64,000 nucleotides of DNA from an uncultured virus (IMG/VR IMGVR_UViG_3300023705_000157) (lineage: Duplodnaviria; Heunggongvirae; Uroviricota; Caudoviricetes). The stretch lies in IMG/VR virus record IMGVR_UViG_3300023705_000157. One strand, given 5' to 3'. Below the pieces are notes generated by a model that made no database searches, was not told the origin of the DNA, and worked only from the letters and a program-made list of their open reading frames with translations. Positions 17,433-27,105 of this stretch are shown piece after piece. The stretch's first letter is position 1; the number at the start of each line of letters is the position of its first letter. A program made the translations under genes and the position numbers.

Positions 17433-17785
17433 ATCCACGTCTCACAGATAGCCGTTTTCACGGTTCGCGTCAATTTTCCTGCTCCATTCCGGGCTTTTTA
17501 CTGCTGTCAGCAAAAAAATCGTCAGAAACAGAAAACGACTGTGATCCTTGGCCGCCCGCCGTTGCTCACGGCATTGCATGGGGGGCTGTCATCCCCTTTT
17601 TCGGGTGGGTCATGGCCCTCGCTTCAAAACGGTCAATCCCGTCTCACTCCACCCCCGGCCCGCGCCCTTCAACCGACGCCCTTTCCCCAACGCTCGTTGC
17701 ATTCAGGGGGCGCGGCGTTTGCTCGCATTTCGCCATCACATGACGTTTTGAGCCTTGCCGTTCTCCCCATCGGCAAGGTCAGACT

Positions 17786-17845
17786 AGCACTTCTTGTTCT
17801 CGCGTCAAGAACTTTTTGTTCTAAATTAAAAAAAATATGTTCTCA
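17786..17845. promoter_or_regulatory. OL-like operator region
   Basis: AGAAC-TTTTT-GTTCT at 17808-17822 plus TGTTCT half-sites; same motif as between cI and cro. Confidence 0.7.
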
Positions 17846-17966
17846 ATTATTTTTCAGCTAGTTACATTTTTTTATGAACTTCTTTCGATGAGAACCAAAA
17901 TTTTTCTCAAGGAACAAAAAAGCCCCCTGTCGGAGGGGGCTTACCAAAAAAGGAGAACTTCTAGTA

Positions 17967-18623
17967 TCAAAAATCTCGTGCCATCCAAACGACGCGCCCA
18001 TGAATCACAACACTATTGCTTTCATCCTTGTTGGATACAAAAATCGGCGTGTGTCGAGGATTATCACTAATAAATTCCAATCCATCAGGCTTTTGGCTTA
18101 TTCGTTTTACCATAAGCTGATTATTAACAAGCACAAGGAACATAACACCCTCTATCGGCGTAACTTGTGATTCATCTACAAGAATCATGTCATCATTTTT
18201 CAGCGTAGTTTCCATGCTGTCACCTGTTACCTTAAACAGGGACATCCTTTCAGGATTGCCATGCCTTAACAACCATTCTTGGCGAAAAGCAAACCAGTTG
18301 ATTATATCCGCTTCTGTTTCCTCGCCGCCTTGACCACACTTTGGATGCGCCGAGCGGAGTGGCACATATAAAAAATCATCTGCCCTTGGGGCCAAATTAT
18401 TATATGATGCAGCCTTTGCATAAAGCAAATCCGTAGTTGTTCCCAAGTGCCTAGCAATGTTTGAAATCGCCTTTTGGCTGATCTGCTTGACGCCACCTTG
18501 GAGGGTATAGTCAATCATTCTGGGGCCGGACAAGCCCGCCATTTGGGCCAATTCCTGCTTGGAGTAGCCCTCATCAAGCAGGGTCGCCAGAATCCGCGCA
18601 TGTAGGCTCTGCTTCTCCTGCAC
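17967..18623 (-). CDS. cI: CI-like repressor (HTH + S24 peptidase)
   Basis: GDSM catalytic Ser, VKR Lys, ISDN, IHGRVVW; GTG start with AGGAGG SD. Confidence 0.92.
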   Translation of the reverse strand: MQEKQSLHARILATLLDEGYSKQELAQMAGLSGPRMIDYTLQGGVKQISQKAISNIARHLGTTTDLLYAKAASYNNLAPRADDFLYVPLRSAHPKCGQGGEETEADIINWFAFRQEWLLRHGNPERMSLFKVTGDSMETTLKNDDMILVDESQVTPIEGVMFLVLVNNQLMVKRISQKPDGLEFISDNPRHTPIFVSNKDESNSVVIHGRVVWMARDF

Positions 18624-18654
18624 GGGAGACCTCCTCTCAATTTTTTCTAAAATT

Positions 18655-18728
18655 AGAACAAGCGGTTCTAAAAAGGCAAAATGTTCTGAATACGAATTTC
18701 TTGCTTGTTTTCGAGAACTTTTTGTTCT
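18655..18728. promoter_or_regulatory. OR-like operator region
   Basis: AGAAC-N5-GTTCT at 18655-18669 and 18714-18728, between divergent cI and cro. Confidence 0.75.
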
Positions 18729-18740
18729 ATGTTTCTCCAC

Positions 18741-18989
18741 ATGAGAACATCACTCGTTTTGAAAGACATCCTGGGCACCTCGGAACGCTTTGCCGGTTAC
18801 GTCCTGCAAGGGAAGCGAAAGCCTGGGCCGAGGGCTGCCAAGCGGCTTGCTGACGCGCTGGGCATCCCCCTTGAGCAGATCCTTCTGCCGGATGAATGGG
18901 GGATCGATCTGCCCACGCTTATCAAAAAGCGGCTCATAGCCAAGCCCACCACATCGGCAGAATCCGGCGGCGCAACGGGCACAAGTTGA
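18741..18989 (+). CDS. cro: Cro-like HTH protein
   Basis: Divergent from cI; GKRKPGPRAAKRLADALGIPLEQIL. Confidence 0.8.
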   Translation: MRTSLVLKDILGTSERFAGYVLQGKRKPGPRAAKRLADALGIPLEQILLPDEWGIDLPTLIKKRLIAKPTTSAESGGATGTS

Positions 18990-19327
18990 AACCGAAGGAA
19001 ATGCCATGGTCGAGGAAAGTTGCTGCACTTTTGTCTTCTGCCTCGAATGGGCGGTTTCTGTCCGGCTCGCCTTGAAGATTGATACTTGGTGACGAAACCG
19101 CAGACGGTAAGGGGAGACTGGCGGCTAATCCTTTCAGGCACCGGCGTAAGGCATCTTCCGGCGCCGGGTATTTCTCCCGGCTGTATGTGCGCCACATGAT
19201 GCCGTCCGGCCAAATAACCGCCACGCGCCAAACTGCGCCCCTAGGCGCTATGCGGAGCAAAACGGGCATTGTTTCAGGGAGATTGTTCATGGGGCCATTC
19301 TTCCACGGCTCCATGCGGGGGGTAAGG

Positions 19328-19807
19328 ATGCAGAAGCACGATTTTTTTAATGCCATTCCGCTATCGGAAGTGTGCTCCCAGATGGTGGATGAAAGCGGAA
19401 GGCCGCTCAAAGCCATCGCAGCCGATGTGGGCAAAGGCTATTCCACGCTTTACCGCGAACTGGATGCCAACGATGAAGGCGGCAAGCTGGGCGTCGATAC
19501 CCTCTTGCCGCTGATCCGGGCCTGCCTCGGCCCGGGCGGATACAAATCGCCTCCCGCGCCTGTCCTGTGGCTCAATTCCAAGACAGGCTACAAGGCTGTT
19601 CCGCTTGATTCCGTGCCTGATCGTGAGGATGTGCGCGATGAGGTCTTGGATGACCTCAAACGCTGCAATGAATTTTGGCAGGCCGCACGGGATATGCGCT
19701 TGCCGCCTGAACGAGTCCTGCCTTTGTGCAGGGCCGCCCAAGAAGAACTTGAACAAACAATGGAGCAATACCGCAGACAGTGGCAACGCGAGGGAGTTCG
19801 GCCATGA
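19328..19807 (+). CDS. Phage regulatory CII-family protein
   Basis: KAIAADVGKGYSTLYRELD...KLG HTH; located downstream of cro. Confidence 0.75.
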   Translation: MQKHDFFNAIPLSEVCSQMVDESGRPLKAIAADVGKGYSTLYRELDANDEGGKLGVDTLLPLIRACLGPGGYKSPPAPVLWLNSKTGYKAVPLDSVPDREDVRDEVLDDLKRCNEFWQAARDMRLPPERVLPLCRAAQEELEQTMEQYRRQWQREGVRP

Positions 19808-20337
19808 ATCTGAAGACACGAGAAAAATACATCGCTCAAAGCAGAATGCTCCAACATCTTCGTGAAGGGCACAGGGGACGCCTGCCCCAAAACAAGAGCA
19901 TCATTGATGTCATTCTTGAGGGCTGGGCTGCCGCGCTCAAAATCGACATGGATCTGGCAACGCGGGAACTCCAGTGTGAGAATACCCGTCTCCTCCATCG
20001 GCTTGAGGACGCCACGGCGGCTTTTGCCAAGGAACGCGAAGCCCTGAACGCTGACCTTTCCGCTGCCAAGGCGCAGCTTGAACAGGCAAAGGCAGAAAAG
20101 GCCAAGCTGGCAGCATCGGCCATATTGCTGCATTCATGCCCGCGCATGAATGTCAGGGCCGTCTCTTTGCCGTGCGGTGACAGGCCGGAATGTTGGGCGG
20201 GGTCTCCCTGCGACCGCATTCCCGAGGGGAAAGAGCCCAAGGCGCGGCCTACCGGCATGGGCATCGACGCCCTGTTCCATGGGCCACAAGCAGAGCCTTG
20301 GGGTCTCGGCCGCAGCTTGCCGACAGGGGATGCGTGA
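19804..20337 (+). CDS. Hypothetical coiled-coil protein
   Basis: ATGA-coupled to the CII-like gene. Confidence 0.65.
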   Translation: MNLKTREKYIAQSRMLQHLREGHRGRLPQNKSIIDVILEGWAAALKIDMDLATRELQCENTRLLHRLEDATAAFAKEREALNADLSAAKAQLEQAKAEKAKLAASAILLHSCPRMNVRAVSLPCGDRPECWAGSPCDRIPEGKEPKARPTGMGIDALFHGPQAEPWGLGRSLPTGDA

Positions 20338-20834
20338 TGCTTGAACAAGCGTACCTTCCCGGCTGCCTCGATGCCTGCTGCGGCGGGCGCATGATGTGGT
20401 TCGACAAACACGATCCACGGGCGCTGTTTGTGGACAAGAGGGTGGAGCAATACCACCTTTGCGACGGACGTTTTTTCGAGGTTCGGCCGGATACTGTTGC
20501 CGACTTTCGCCACCTTCCTTTTGCCGATGCTGCATTTGCCCTTGTCCTTTTCGACCCTCCCCATCTGCTGCGCTGCGGGCCGCAATCGTGGCAGGCAAAA
20601 AAATACGGCAAGCTCGACCGCAGCCATTGGCGCGACGATTTGGCCGCGGGATGGGCTGAATGCTGGCGTGTATTGCGTCCCCTTGGGACACTGATTTTCA
20701 AATGGAGCGAAACGCAGATCCCTTTAGGGGAGGTGCTGACTTGCTTCCCGGTGAAGCCCCTTTTCGGCCACACCACAACAGCAAATCTACGCACCCATTG
20801 GATGTGCTTTTTGAAGCAGGGTAATACGGAATGA
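20337..20834 (+). CDS. Small SAM-dependent (probable amino-) methyltransferase
   Basis: LDACCGGRMMWF, FDPPH, RVLRPLGTLIFKW. Confidence 0.85.
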   Translation: MLEQAYLPGCLDACCGGRMMWFDKHDPRALFVDKRVEQYHLCDGRFFEVRPDTVADFRHLPFADAAFALVLFDPPHLLRCGPQSWQAKKYGKLDRSHWRDDLAAGWAECWRVLRPLGTLIFKWSETQIPLGEVLTCFPVKPLFGHTTTANLRTHWMCFLKQGNTE

Positions 20835-22108
20835 AGCCGCTGCGCTACCTCTCCCTCTGCTCCGGCATTGAGGCCGCGAGCGTGGCTTGGCGACCGCTGG
20901 GCTGGGAGCCTGTGGCTTTCGCGGAAATAGAGCCGTTCCCCTGCGCCGTGCTGGCGCATCATTATCCCGATGTGCCCAATCTGGGCGACATCACACAAGT
21001 AGCCGACTGGAGGCCGTATCGTGGAACAGTTGACCTTGTTGTCGCTGGTACCCCCTGCCAGGACTTCAGCATCGCAGGAAAGCGCGCCGGACTTGCCGGA
21101 GAACGCTCTGGACTGGCCATGGTCGTTACGCAGATGCTTTCTGTTGTTCGCCCGGAGTGGTTTGTCTGGGAGAATGTGCCCGGAGTTTTTTCAACTGCGG
21201 GGGGGAGGGACTTCGGGACATTCATCGGAACGCTGGACGACATCGGGTATTCTGTCGCGTGGCGAGTGCTTGACGCTCAATACTTCGGAGTGCCCCAGCG
21301 ACGCCGCAGAGTGTTCGTTGTCGGACATCTTGGAGACTTCCGACCTGCCGCAGCGGTTCTATTTGAGCCCTCAAGCCTGCGCGGGGATACTCCGGCGCGC
21401 GGAGAAACGCGGACGCACGTTACCCAGGCCCTTACAGGACGCCTTGGAGGCGGCGGCCCGGACGATAACAAAGCCCAGGGCGGATTCTACATCCCCGACA
21501 TAGTTGAACAGGCCATGTCCTGCAAATGGAGCAAGGGTACGTCGGGCCCGGCGGGCGACGAGCACCACAACCTCGTCTGCGCCCCCCTCACAGCCCGGCC
21601 TTATGCCGACAATGAGGCGCAGGACAGCAGGCTGGTTGTATCGCAGTATGGGGACAAGGCCAACGCCCTGACCGCCGAGGGGGCGGACGCTTCCCCCTGC
21701 GCCGACCGGGGGCCGACCATCCTTGCCTTTCCCGGGGCTCAAGACCCGGACATCTCCGGCGACGTAACGCACCCGCTCGGCCGTAATCAGGGGCAGGAGG
21801 TGTGCGTCATGCAGGGCCGCCGGCGCGGCGATGACGGGCGCGGTTACGACCGCCCGCCGCACGTCGCCGACCTGCCGCAGGTGTCGCGGCAAAAGCCGGA
21901 CGTGATTGCCGGGCCCACTGCCGTCCGCCGCCTTACGCCGCTGGAATGCGAGCGTCTTCAGGGATTCCCCGACCATTACACCAACATTGAATTTCGCGGC
22001 AAACCCGCCGCCGACGGCCCGCGTTACAGGGCGCTGGGCAATTCCATGGCCGTGCCCGTCATGCGCTGGATTGGAGAGAGGATCGCTCGATTGGAGAACG
22101 GGGCATGA
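20831..22108 (+). CDS. DNA cytosine-5 methyltransferase
   Basis: SLCSGIEA, GTPCQDFS, WENVPG, PQRRRRVF, RRLTPLECERLQGFP, YRALGNS. Confidence 0.96.
   Translation: MKPLRYLSLCSGIEAASVAWRPLGWEPVAFAEIEPFPCAVLAHHYPDVPNLGDITQVADWRPYRGTVDLVVAGTPCQDFSIAGKRAGLAGERSGLAMVVTQMLSVVRPEWFVWENVPGVFSTAGGRDFGTFIGTLDDIGYSVAWRVLDAQYFGVPQRRRRVFVVGHLGDFRPAAAVLFEPSSLRGDTPARGETRTHVTQALTGRLGGGGPDDNKAQGGFYIPDIVEQAMSCKWSKGTSGPAGDEHHNLVCAPLTARPYADNEAQDSRLVVSQYGDKANALTAEGADASPCADRGPTILAFPGAQDPDISGDVTHPLGRNQGQEVCVMQGRRRGDDGRGYDRPPHVADLPQVSRQKPDVIAGPTAVRRLTPLECERLQGFPDHYTNIEFRGKPAADGPRYRALGNSMAVPVMRWIGERIARLENGA
21021..21503 (+). CDS. Nested alternative-frame ORF resembling the M.EcoHK31I beta polypeptide
   Basis: SLSDILE...RFYLSPQACAGILRRAEKRGRTLP; GTG start inside the MTase gene with GGAGG upstream. 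Confidence 0.6.
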   Translation: MEQLTLLSLVPPARTSASQESAPDLPENALDWPWSLRRCFLLFARSGLSGRMCPEFFQLRGGGTSGHSSERWTTSGILSRGECLTLNTSECPSDAAECSLSDILETSDLPQRFYLSPQACAGILRRAEKRGRTLPRPLQDALEAAARTITKPRADSTSPT

Positions 22109-22332
22109 TGGCACTGACTGTCTTGCGAGATTATCTGCACGTCAAATTTTATGCCATGCCTGACGGAACAGTGCAATTTGAGTGTCCCATAGCCATGACG
22201 CAAGAGGATGTGGCGAAAATCGCGGCAGTAGTCAAAGCACGGGAACAAGAGATGTGGGCGTATTTGCAGAGAGAAAAAAAAGCCCCGATGGGCGTCGGGG
22301 CTGAAAACATGTGCCGAAGCACAACAAGGTAG
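22105..22332 (+). CDS. Hypothetical protein
   Basis: ATGA-coupled to the MTase. Confidence 0.55.
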   Translation: MMALTVLRDYLHVKFYAMPDGTVQFECPIAMTQEDVAKIAAVVKAREQEMWAYLQREKKAPMGVGAENMCRSTTR

Positions 22333-22384
22333 GAAAGACTATGCACAGATTTTCTTTAACTGTCAAGGCGTCGGAGGGGTGATC

Positions 22385-23464
22385 ATGGCGAAATACCGCA
22401 AGATTTCACCCAAAATATGGAACGATGCAAAATTCCGAAGCCTGTCGGACAATGCAAAGTTAGTTTTTTTTATGTTGCTAACGCATCCACAAACTTCTTC
22501 CATCGGTACCTTGCGGGCCTTTCCACAGGGTTTAGCCCCAGAGATGGGATGGTCAGAGAAAGGGTTTCGGGAACCGTTCCAAGAAGTGCTCCAAAAAGGC
22601 ATGGCAATCTGCTCCGAGAGGGACGGTTTGATCTGGATGCCTAACTTCACGCGGCACAACCCCCCCGACAATCCGAATGTCCTCAAATCTTGGGCCGGGG
22701 CTTTGGATGATTGTCCCGAATGTCCGCTAAAAGCCAAAGTATTTCAGCATGTAAAAGTTTTGGCTGAACGGTTGGGCAAAGGGTTTGCCAAAGGGTTTGC
22801 GGAAGCGTTCAGCGAAATGCTGTCAAACGGTATGCCAAATCAGGAACAGGAACAGGAACAGGATATAAGAGAAAACTCACTACGTTCGTTTTCTTGCGCG
22901 GAGCCCTCTTGCGAGGTCTCCACGCCGAAGCCAAGGGAGCCCATGGATACCTCCACCGTTTCTGACGAGATTACCATGGCGCATTCCTCCGCTGCGGCCC
23001 TCCCGGCCATCCTCGCCCCGGTAATCACTCTGCCGCTGAACTCCGGGGACGAGCACCCCGTCACACAAGGCGAAATCGACCAGTGGCAAGACCTTTATCC
23101 GGCCGTGGACGTGTCCCAAGCCCTGCGGAATATGCGCGGCTGGCTGCTGGCAAATAAGACAAGACGCAAAACAAAGGCCGGTATAGGCCGCTTTATTCAG
23201 GGGTGGCTTGCCAAGGAGCAGGACAGGGGCGGAACCGCCCGCGCCGCGCCGCAACGTGCCACCCCGGCGCGACCGGGAGATTTTGACCCCGAACGGCAGG
23301 CCATGATTTTTCGTGACGTTTTGGCACACATGGAGGCTGATGATGCAGCAACAGCACGACAGACAGCGCAAGCTGGCGGCCCTGTTCGCCCTGGCACTGA
23401 ATTACGGCAAGGAGTTTCCCCGGCCCCTGGCGCAACTCTGGATGCGCCTGCTCGACACATATAG
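22385..23464 (+). CDS. Phage replication initiator (O-like)
   Basis: YRKISPKIWNDAKFRSLS N-terminus, QEQEQEQ linker, YPAVDV...RFIQGWL C-terminal domain. Confidence 0.85.
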   Translation: MAKYRKISPKIWNDAKFRSLSDNAKLVFFMLLTHPQTSSIGTLRAFPQGLAPEMGWSEKGFREPFQEVLQKGMAICSERDGLIWMPNFTRHNPPDNPNVLKSWAGALDDCPECPLKAKVFQHVKVLAERLGKGFAKGFAEAFSEMLSNGMPNQEQEQEQDIRENSLRSFSCAEPSCEVSTPKPREPMDTSTVSDEITMAHSSAAALPAILAPVITLPLNSGDEHPVTQGEIDQWQDLYPAVDVSQALRNMRGWLLANKTRRKTKAGIGRFIQGWLAKEQDRGGTARAAPQRATPARPGDFDPERQAMIFRDVLAHMEADDAATARQTAQAGGPVRPGTELRQGVSPAPGATLDAPARHI

Positions 23465-23933
23465 TGCTGAACAGGTGGAAGACGGCGTGGCCCGCGTGGT
23501 CAGCGAGTACGAGTACAAAACCCTGCCGCCATTTGCCGTACTCAAGAAGGCCATGGATAAAGCTGCTGGCACAGTGCCGCCGGAAACCGCATTGGACATG
23601 CTGGCCGAATCAGAATGGAACGCTTTGCTTGATGCCGTCGGCAGCCGTGGCCGCTACAATCCGCCGACGTTCCACCCTACGACGGCCTATGTGCTGCGCG
23701 GCATGGGGGGGTGGGATGCCGCCTGCACCTGGCCTGCGGACAAGCTGGATTGGCGGCACAAGTCTTTCATCGACGCGTGGAAGCTCGCCCACGGCAACAC
23801 GGAAGTAATGGCGTTGGGGGCAAAGGGGTTGGAAACCATGATTTCACAGGCGGAAGATTTCACATCCGCTGGAGTTCTTGTGAACCGTGTGCTGGGTATC
23901 GCCGCCAATGCTGGCCGGGAGGCACAGGTATGA
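23340..23933 (+). CDS. Replication partner / helicase-loader-like protein
   Basis: Follows the initiator; LPPFAVLK and MGGW motifs. Confidence 0.65.
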   Translation: MMQQQHDRQRKLAALFALALNYGKEFPRPLAQLWMRLLDTYSAEQVEDGVARVVSEYEYKTLPPFAVLKKAMDKAAGTVPPETALDMLAESEWNALLDAVGSRGRYNPPTFHPTTAYVLRGMGGWDAACTWPADKLDWRHKSFIDAWKLAHGNTEVMALGAKGLETMISQAEDFTSAGVLVNRVLGIAANAGREAQV

Positions 23934-24742
23934 AAGGCCACGTCTGCCCATACTGCGGCACGTCATACCGCCATGCGTCTATGGCTGCGCGCTGCCTCAA
24001 AACACTGGCCTGCCGTGTCTTCAATGCGCCCGGCAGCACTCGGCGCTTTGAATGGGAAATCCAAGCCGGTACGGTGACTATGTGCCTGTTTTTGGCCCGT
24101 CCGCTGGAAGACCATGAAACCGGACGGCTGCATGACCTTGCCGTTGAAATCATCCATACCTCCGGCCTGATATGTGACCACCTGCGGCACACCCTGCCCG
24201 TGGGGGAAGTCATTGCCCAGATTCAGGGCAAGAAGATTCTGAACGCATGCGAACAGGCGTGGCACATGGGCAAGGCGGCCATGATCGTTCACGTTTTGGA
24301 GGTCGTCTGCAACCTTGAGGGTGATGTGCTGCACTACATGCAGCCACGTTGGCGCAACGGCGAGGATGCCGAAGGGCAAAGGCTGTGGATGGATCTCGAC
24401 GGCAATCTGGACGCCCTCTACGACGAACTGAATCCTGACGGTGTTGAATGCGAGGAAAGCTGGCGAACTCCCGAAGTCTATGAACGGCTCCGGCTGGCAA
24501 TCTGGGGGCCGGAGAAGCAGGCGCGCACACCGTCCCTGTACCTCGCCAATGAAAAAATCTGGGTTGTCGCCAACGGTCGCCCGGAGGCTCGGCGCTGTCT
24601 GCTGCGCGAGTTGGGCCTTTCACGACCCACTTTACAGGGCATAGCGCCAGGCGAAGTCATGGAAGATGGGCGCACGGCTGCGAGCATGATAGCTCTCGCC
24701 GGGGCGCATGTCCCCGCCATCTTGGGCACAGTGTCGGTGTAG
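23930..24742 (+). CDS. Hypothetical protein with an N-terminal Zn finger
   Basis: CPYC...C; ATGA-coupled. Confidence 0.65.
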   Translation: MKGHVCPYCGTSYRHASMAARCLKTLACRVFNAPGSTRRFEWEIQAGTVTMCLFLARPLEDHETGRLHDLAVEIIHTSGLICDHLRHTLPVGEVIAQIQGKKILNACEQAWHMGKAAMIVHVLEVVCNLEGDVLHYMQPRWRNGEDAEGQRLWMDLDGNLDALYDELNPDGVECEESWRTPEVYERLRLAIWGPEKQARTPSLYLANEKIWVVANGRPEARRCLLRELGLSRPTLQGIAPGEVMEDGRTAASMIALAGAHVPAILGTVSV

Positions 24743-24755
24743 CAGAGGAGTGCTT

Positions 24756-25241
24756 ATGCGGAATTTCAACTCCAACACGGCCAACAACCAGGAATGGCTT
24801 ACCCCGCCGGACATCCTGCGGGCGCTTGGCCCCTTTGACCTCGACCCCTGCGCCCCGGTCAACAGGCCGTGGGACATGGCGGCCAGGCACTACACCGTCC
24901 TCGATGACGGGCTTTCCAAGCCGTGGCAAGGGCGTGTCTGGCTGAATCCGCCTTACGGGAAGAAGGTCTTTGCGTGGCTGGAACGCCTTGCGGAGCATCG
25001 CAGCGGCCTGGCCCTGATCTTCGCGCGCACGGAAACACGAGGTTTCCATCAGACCATCTGGCGGCAGGCGCACTCCGTGTTCTTCTTCCTCGGCCGGTTG
25101 CGTTTCTTTCACGTCTCTGGAACGCAGGGCGGCACGGCCAATGCGCCGTCATGCCTGGTCATCTACGGCGATGACGACACCGCGAGCATTGCCGCAGCGC
25201 TGCATGCAGGACACATCAACGGCAGGCTGGTGCGGCTATGA
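24756..25241 (+). CDS. Phage N6-adenine DNA methyltransferase
   Basis: EWLTP, FDLDPCA, WLNPPYG, ARTET, GRLRF. Confidence 0.9.
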   Translation: MRNFNSNTANNQEWLTPPDILRALGPFDLDPCAPVNRPWDMAARHYTVLDDGLSKPWQGRVWLNPPYGKKVFAWLERLAEHRSGLALIFARTETRGFHQTIWRQAHSVFFFLGRLRFFHVSGTQGGTANAPSCLVIYGDDDTASIAAALHAGHINGRLVRL

Positions 25242-25696
25242 TTCAAGAACACATGTCTGCCGCAGAATATCGGCGCATTATGGACTATGACAGGCAGAAA
25301 GCCGCATCTCGAGCCGCACAGTCTGCCCTCCCGAAGGGAAAAGCCCGCCTTCCGCAGAAAGGCCGCACCTACCAGACTGAAGGCATGAACAAGCTGGAAT
25401 CGGATTATGCCGCTGTTCTGGAAGCCCGCCGCCGTTGCGGGGAGATTGTAGCTTGGGCCTATGAGGTCATTACTCTGCATCTCGCAGATAACACCTCGTA
25501 TAAACCTGATTTTTTTATCGTTATGGCAGACGGCACAATCGAAATTCACGAGACAAAGGGCTACTGGCATGAGGATGCCCGGGTTAAAACAAAAATTGCA
25601 GCCAAACAATTCCCATGGTTCATTTTTCGAGCTGTGCAGCATATCAATCATAAATGGAAATATGAGGTGTTCGGGAGTGAGAAATATGCAAAATAG
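25238..25696 (+). CDS. PD-(D/E)xK endonuclease (DUF1064-like)
   Basis: YKPDF...IHETKG. Confidence 0.8.
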   Translation: MIQEHMSAAEYRRIMDYDRQKAASRAAQSALPKGKARLPQKGRTYQTEGMNKLESDYAAVLEARRRCGEIVAWAYEVITLHLADNTSYKPDFFIVMADGTIEIHETKGYWHEDARVKTKIAAKQFPWFIFRAVQHINHKWKYEVFGSEKYAK

Positions 25697-26054
25697 TGAC
25701 AGTGTTGCACAGAGACAAAAAAAGCTCATGCAAAAATTTGAAACATGGATAGCCATGGCCCGTGCAAAACATGCCTGGTCTGCCGAGGTGAAGAACTCTG
25801 CCCAAGTGCTTGCCGCGCTGGATGAAGAAATTGATGAATTTCGTCGGGCCGTCAGGCTGGGCCATCCAGTCGAGCATCAGGTATCCGAACTCTTGGATGC
25901 CTTTGTTATCATCCTTCGCGCCCTCTGCGGTGAGCACCTGACAGGCGTGGAAGCGGAAGAATGGTTGCGGGCCGTCTTTTCCGTGGAGCCTACGCCGATT
26001 GGAGTCACAAGCCCATGGGATGAACACAAAGGAGGGGCTATATGCAACTCATAA
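25686..26054 (+). CDS. MazG-like NTP pyrophosphatase-fold protein
   Basis: DEEIDEF...SELLD acidic helix motif. Confidence 0.5.
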   Translation: MQNSDSVAQRQKKLMQKFETWIAMARAKHAWSAEVKNSAQVLAALDEEIDEFRRAVRLGHPVEHQVSELLDAFVIILRALCGEHLTGVEAEEWLRAVFSVEPTPIGVTSPWDEHKGGAICNS

Positions 26055-26437
26055 CAGACGAACAATTCAAGCTGTTCAAAGATGAGGTTGAACGCTGGCT
26101 GACACAATTTGGCCTTCTTGAGTGGAGTGTTACAGTCAACCGTGATGTTATATGTGCCGGCTCAAAAGCATGGACACAGGCAAACATAACAGGTCGTTCA
26201 GTAGATATTTTTATAAATGAAGATGCTGAATGCCATAAGGATGATAATGATATACGAAAATCAGCATTCCATGAAGTCCTTGAACTTCTGTTATGGGATT
26301 ATGAAGACATCTGCATAAATAGTGGAACACGATTCGCCACAGACAAAGTGCGCTGTGAAGCCATAGAGTCCGCACGACATGCTGTATTGCGGCGCATTGA
26401 AAACGGTATTTTTTCCAACATCGGCGCATGGGAATAA
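26042..26437 (+). CDS. Hypothetical protein, degenerate metallopeptidase-like
   Basis: AFHEVLEL (HExxE rather than HExxH). Confidence 0.6.
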   Translation: MQLITDEQFKLFKDEVERWLTQFGLLEWSVTVNRDVICAGSKAWTQANITGRSVDIFINEDAECHKDDNDIRKSAFHEVLELLLWDYEDICINSGTRFATDKVRCEAIESARHAVLRRIENGIFSNIGAWE

Positions 26438-26439
26438 CG

Positions 26440-26637
26440 ATGAAGAACAGTCAGTGTGGGCGCGATGCCGAAGAACAGCGCATTGGCGAGGGTGCCACCT
26501 TTGAACGAACACGCCGCATCACAGGATACTTGGTCGGCACGTTGGACAGATTCAACAACGCGAAACGCTCCGAGGAAAGAGACCGCGTGAAGCACGGGTT
26601 GCTTGGTTCGGAAAATGAAGGAGGGGAAAAACCGTGA
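26440..26637 (+). CDS. Stand-alone NrdD C-terminal glycyl-radical domain
   Basis: RRITGYLVGTLDRFNNAKRSEERDRVKH. Confidence 0.85.
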   Translation: MKNSQCGRDAEEQRIGEGATFERTRRITGYLVGTLDRFNNAKRSEERDRVKHGLLGSENEGGEKP

Positions 26638-26879
26638 AACAGCCTTATGAAGTCCGTATCCCGCTGCGGGATACTCTTCTTTCAACCATCAATGCCGCTG
26701 GTGCAGGCATTCAGGTTGCTATACAGGCCGCAGGATGCAAGCATGCTCTGCGTTCCTATGGGCCTCGCTATGAGACAGACGCCTCGGGCCGCCCCGTGGC
26801 ATTGCTGTATCGCGTGGATGAAACAGGTTATGATACCGCCTCCGTCTTCAACAAGCCTGCTCATCCGATTAAATCATAA
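26634..26879 (+). CDS. Hypothetical protein
   Basis: GTGA-coupled ORF with SD. Confidence 0.5.
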   Translation: MKQPYEVRIPLRDTLLSTINAAGAGIQVAIQAAGCKHALRSYGPRYETDASGRPVALLYRVDETGYDTASVFNKPAHPIKS

Positions 26880-26889
26880 GGGGAATGAA

Positions 26890-27105
26890 ATGCCGGAAAT
26901 GCTGATAAGCTACACGCCGCGAGTTCTACGCACGATGGACGAAATCTGCCGGAAAATGGGCGTCGGGCCATCCACCGTCAAAAAATGGATGAAGGATGGG
27001 GCCCCCATTGCCTTTGAATTGGGAGCTCACAGCAAACGGGGACGCTACTCCGCAGAGTTGGGAGCCCTGCAACAGTGGCGCGTCAACCATTCAAGGCCCG
27101 TGTGA
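26890..27105 (+). CDS. Small wHTH DNA-binding protein (candidate late activator)
   Basis: EICRKMGVGPSTVKKWMKDGAPI; last gene of the rightward early operon. Confidence 0.7.
   Translation: MPEMLISYTPRVLRTMDEICRKMGVGPSTVKKWMKDGAPIAFELGAHSKRGRYSAELGALQQWRVNHSRPV

Noticed and set aside
17808..18728. Host LexA boxes
   Set aside because: The spacing is GAAC-N5-GTTC and the positions flank cI/cro like OL/OR, so phage repressor operators are more parsimonious.
18934..19434. Minus-strand ORF between cro and the CII-like gene
   Set aside because: It overlaps both neighbours antisense and has no recognisable motif; not supportable.
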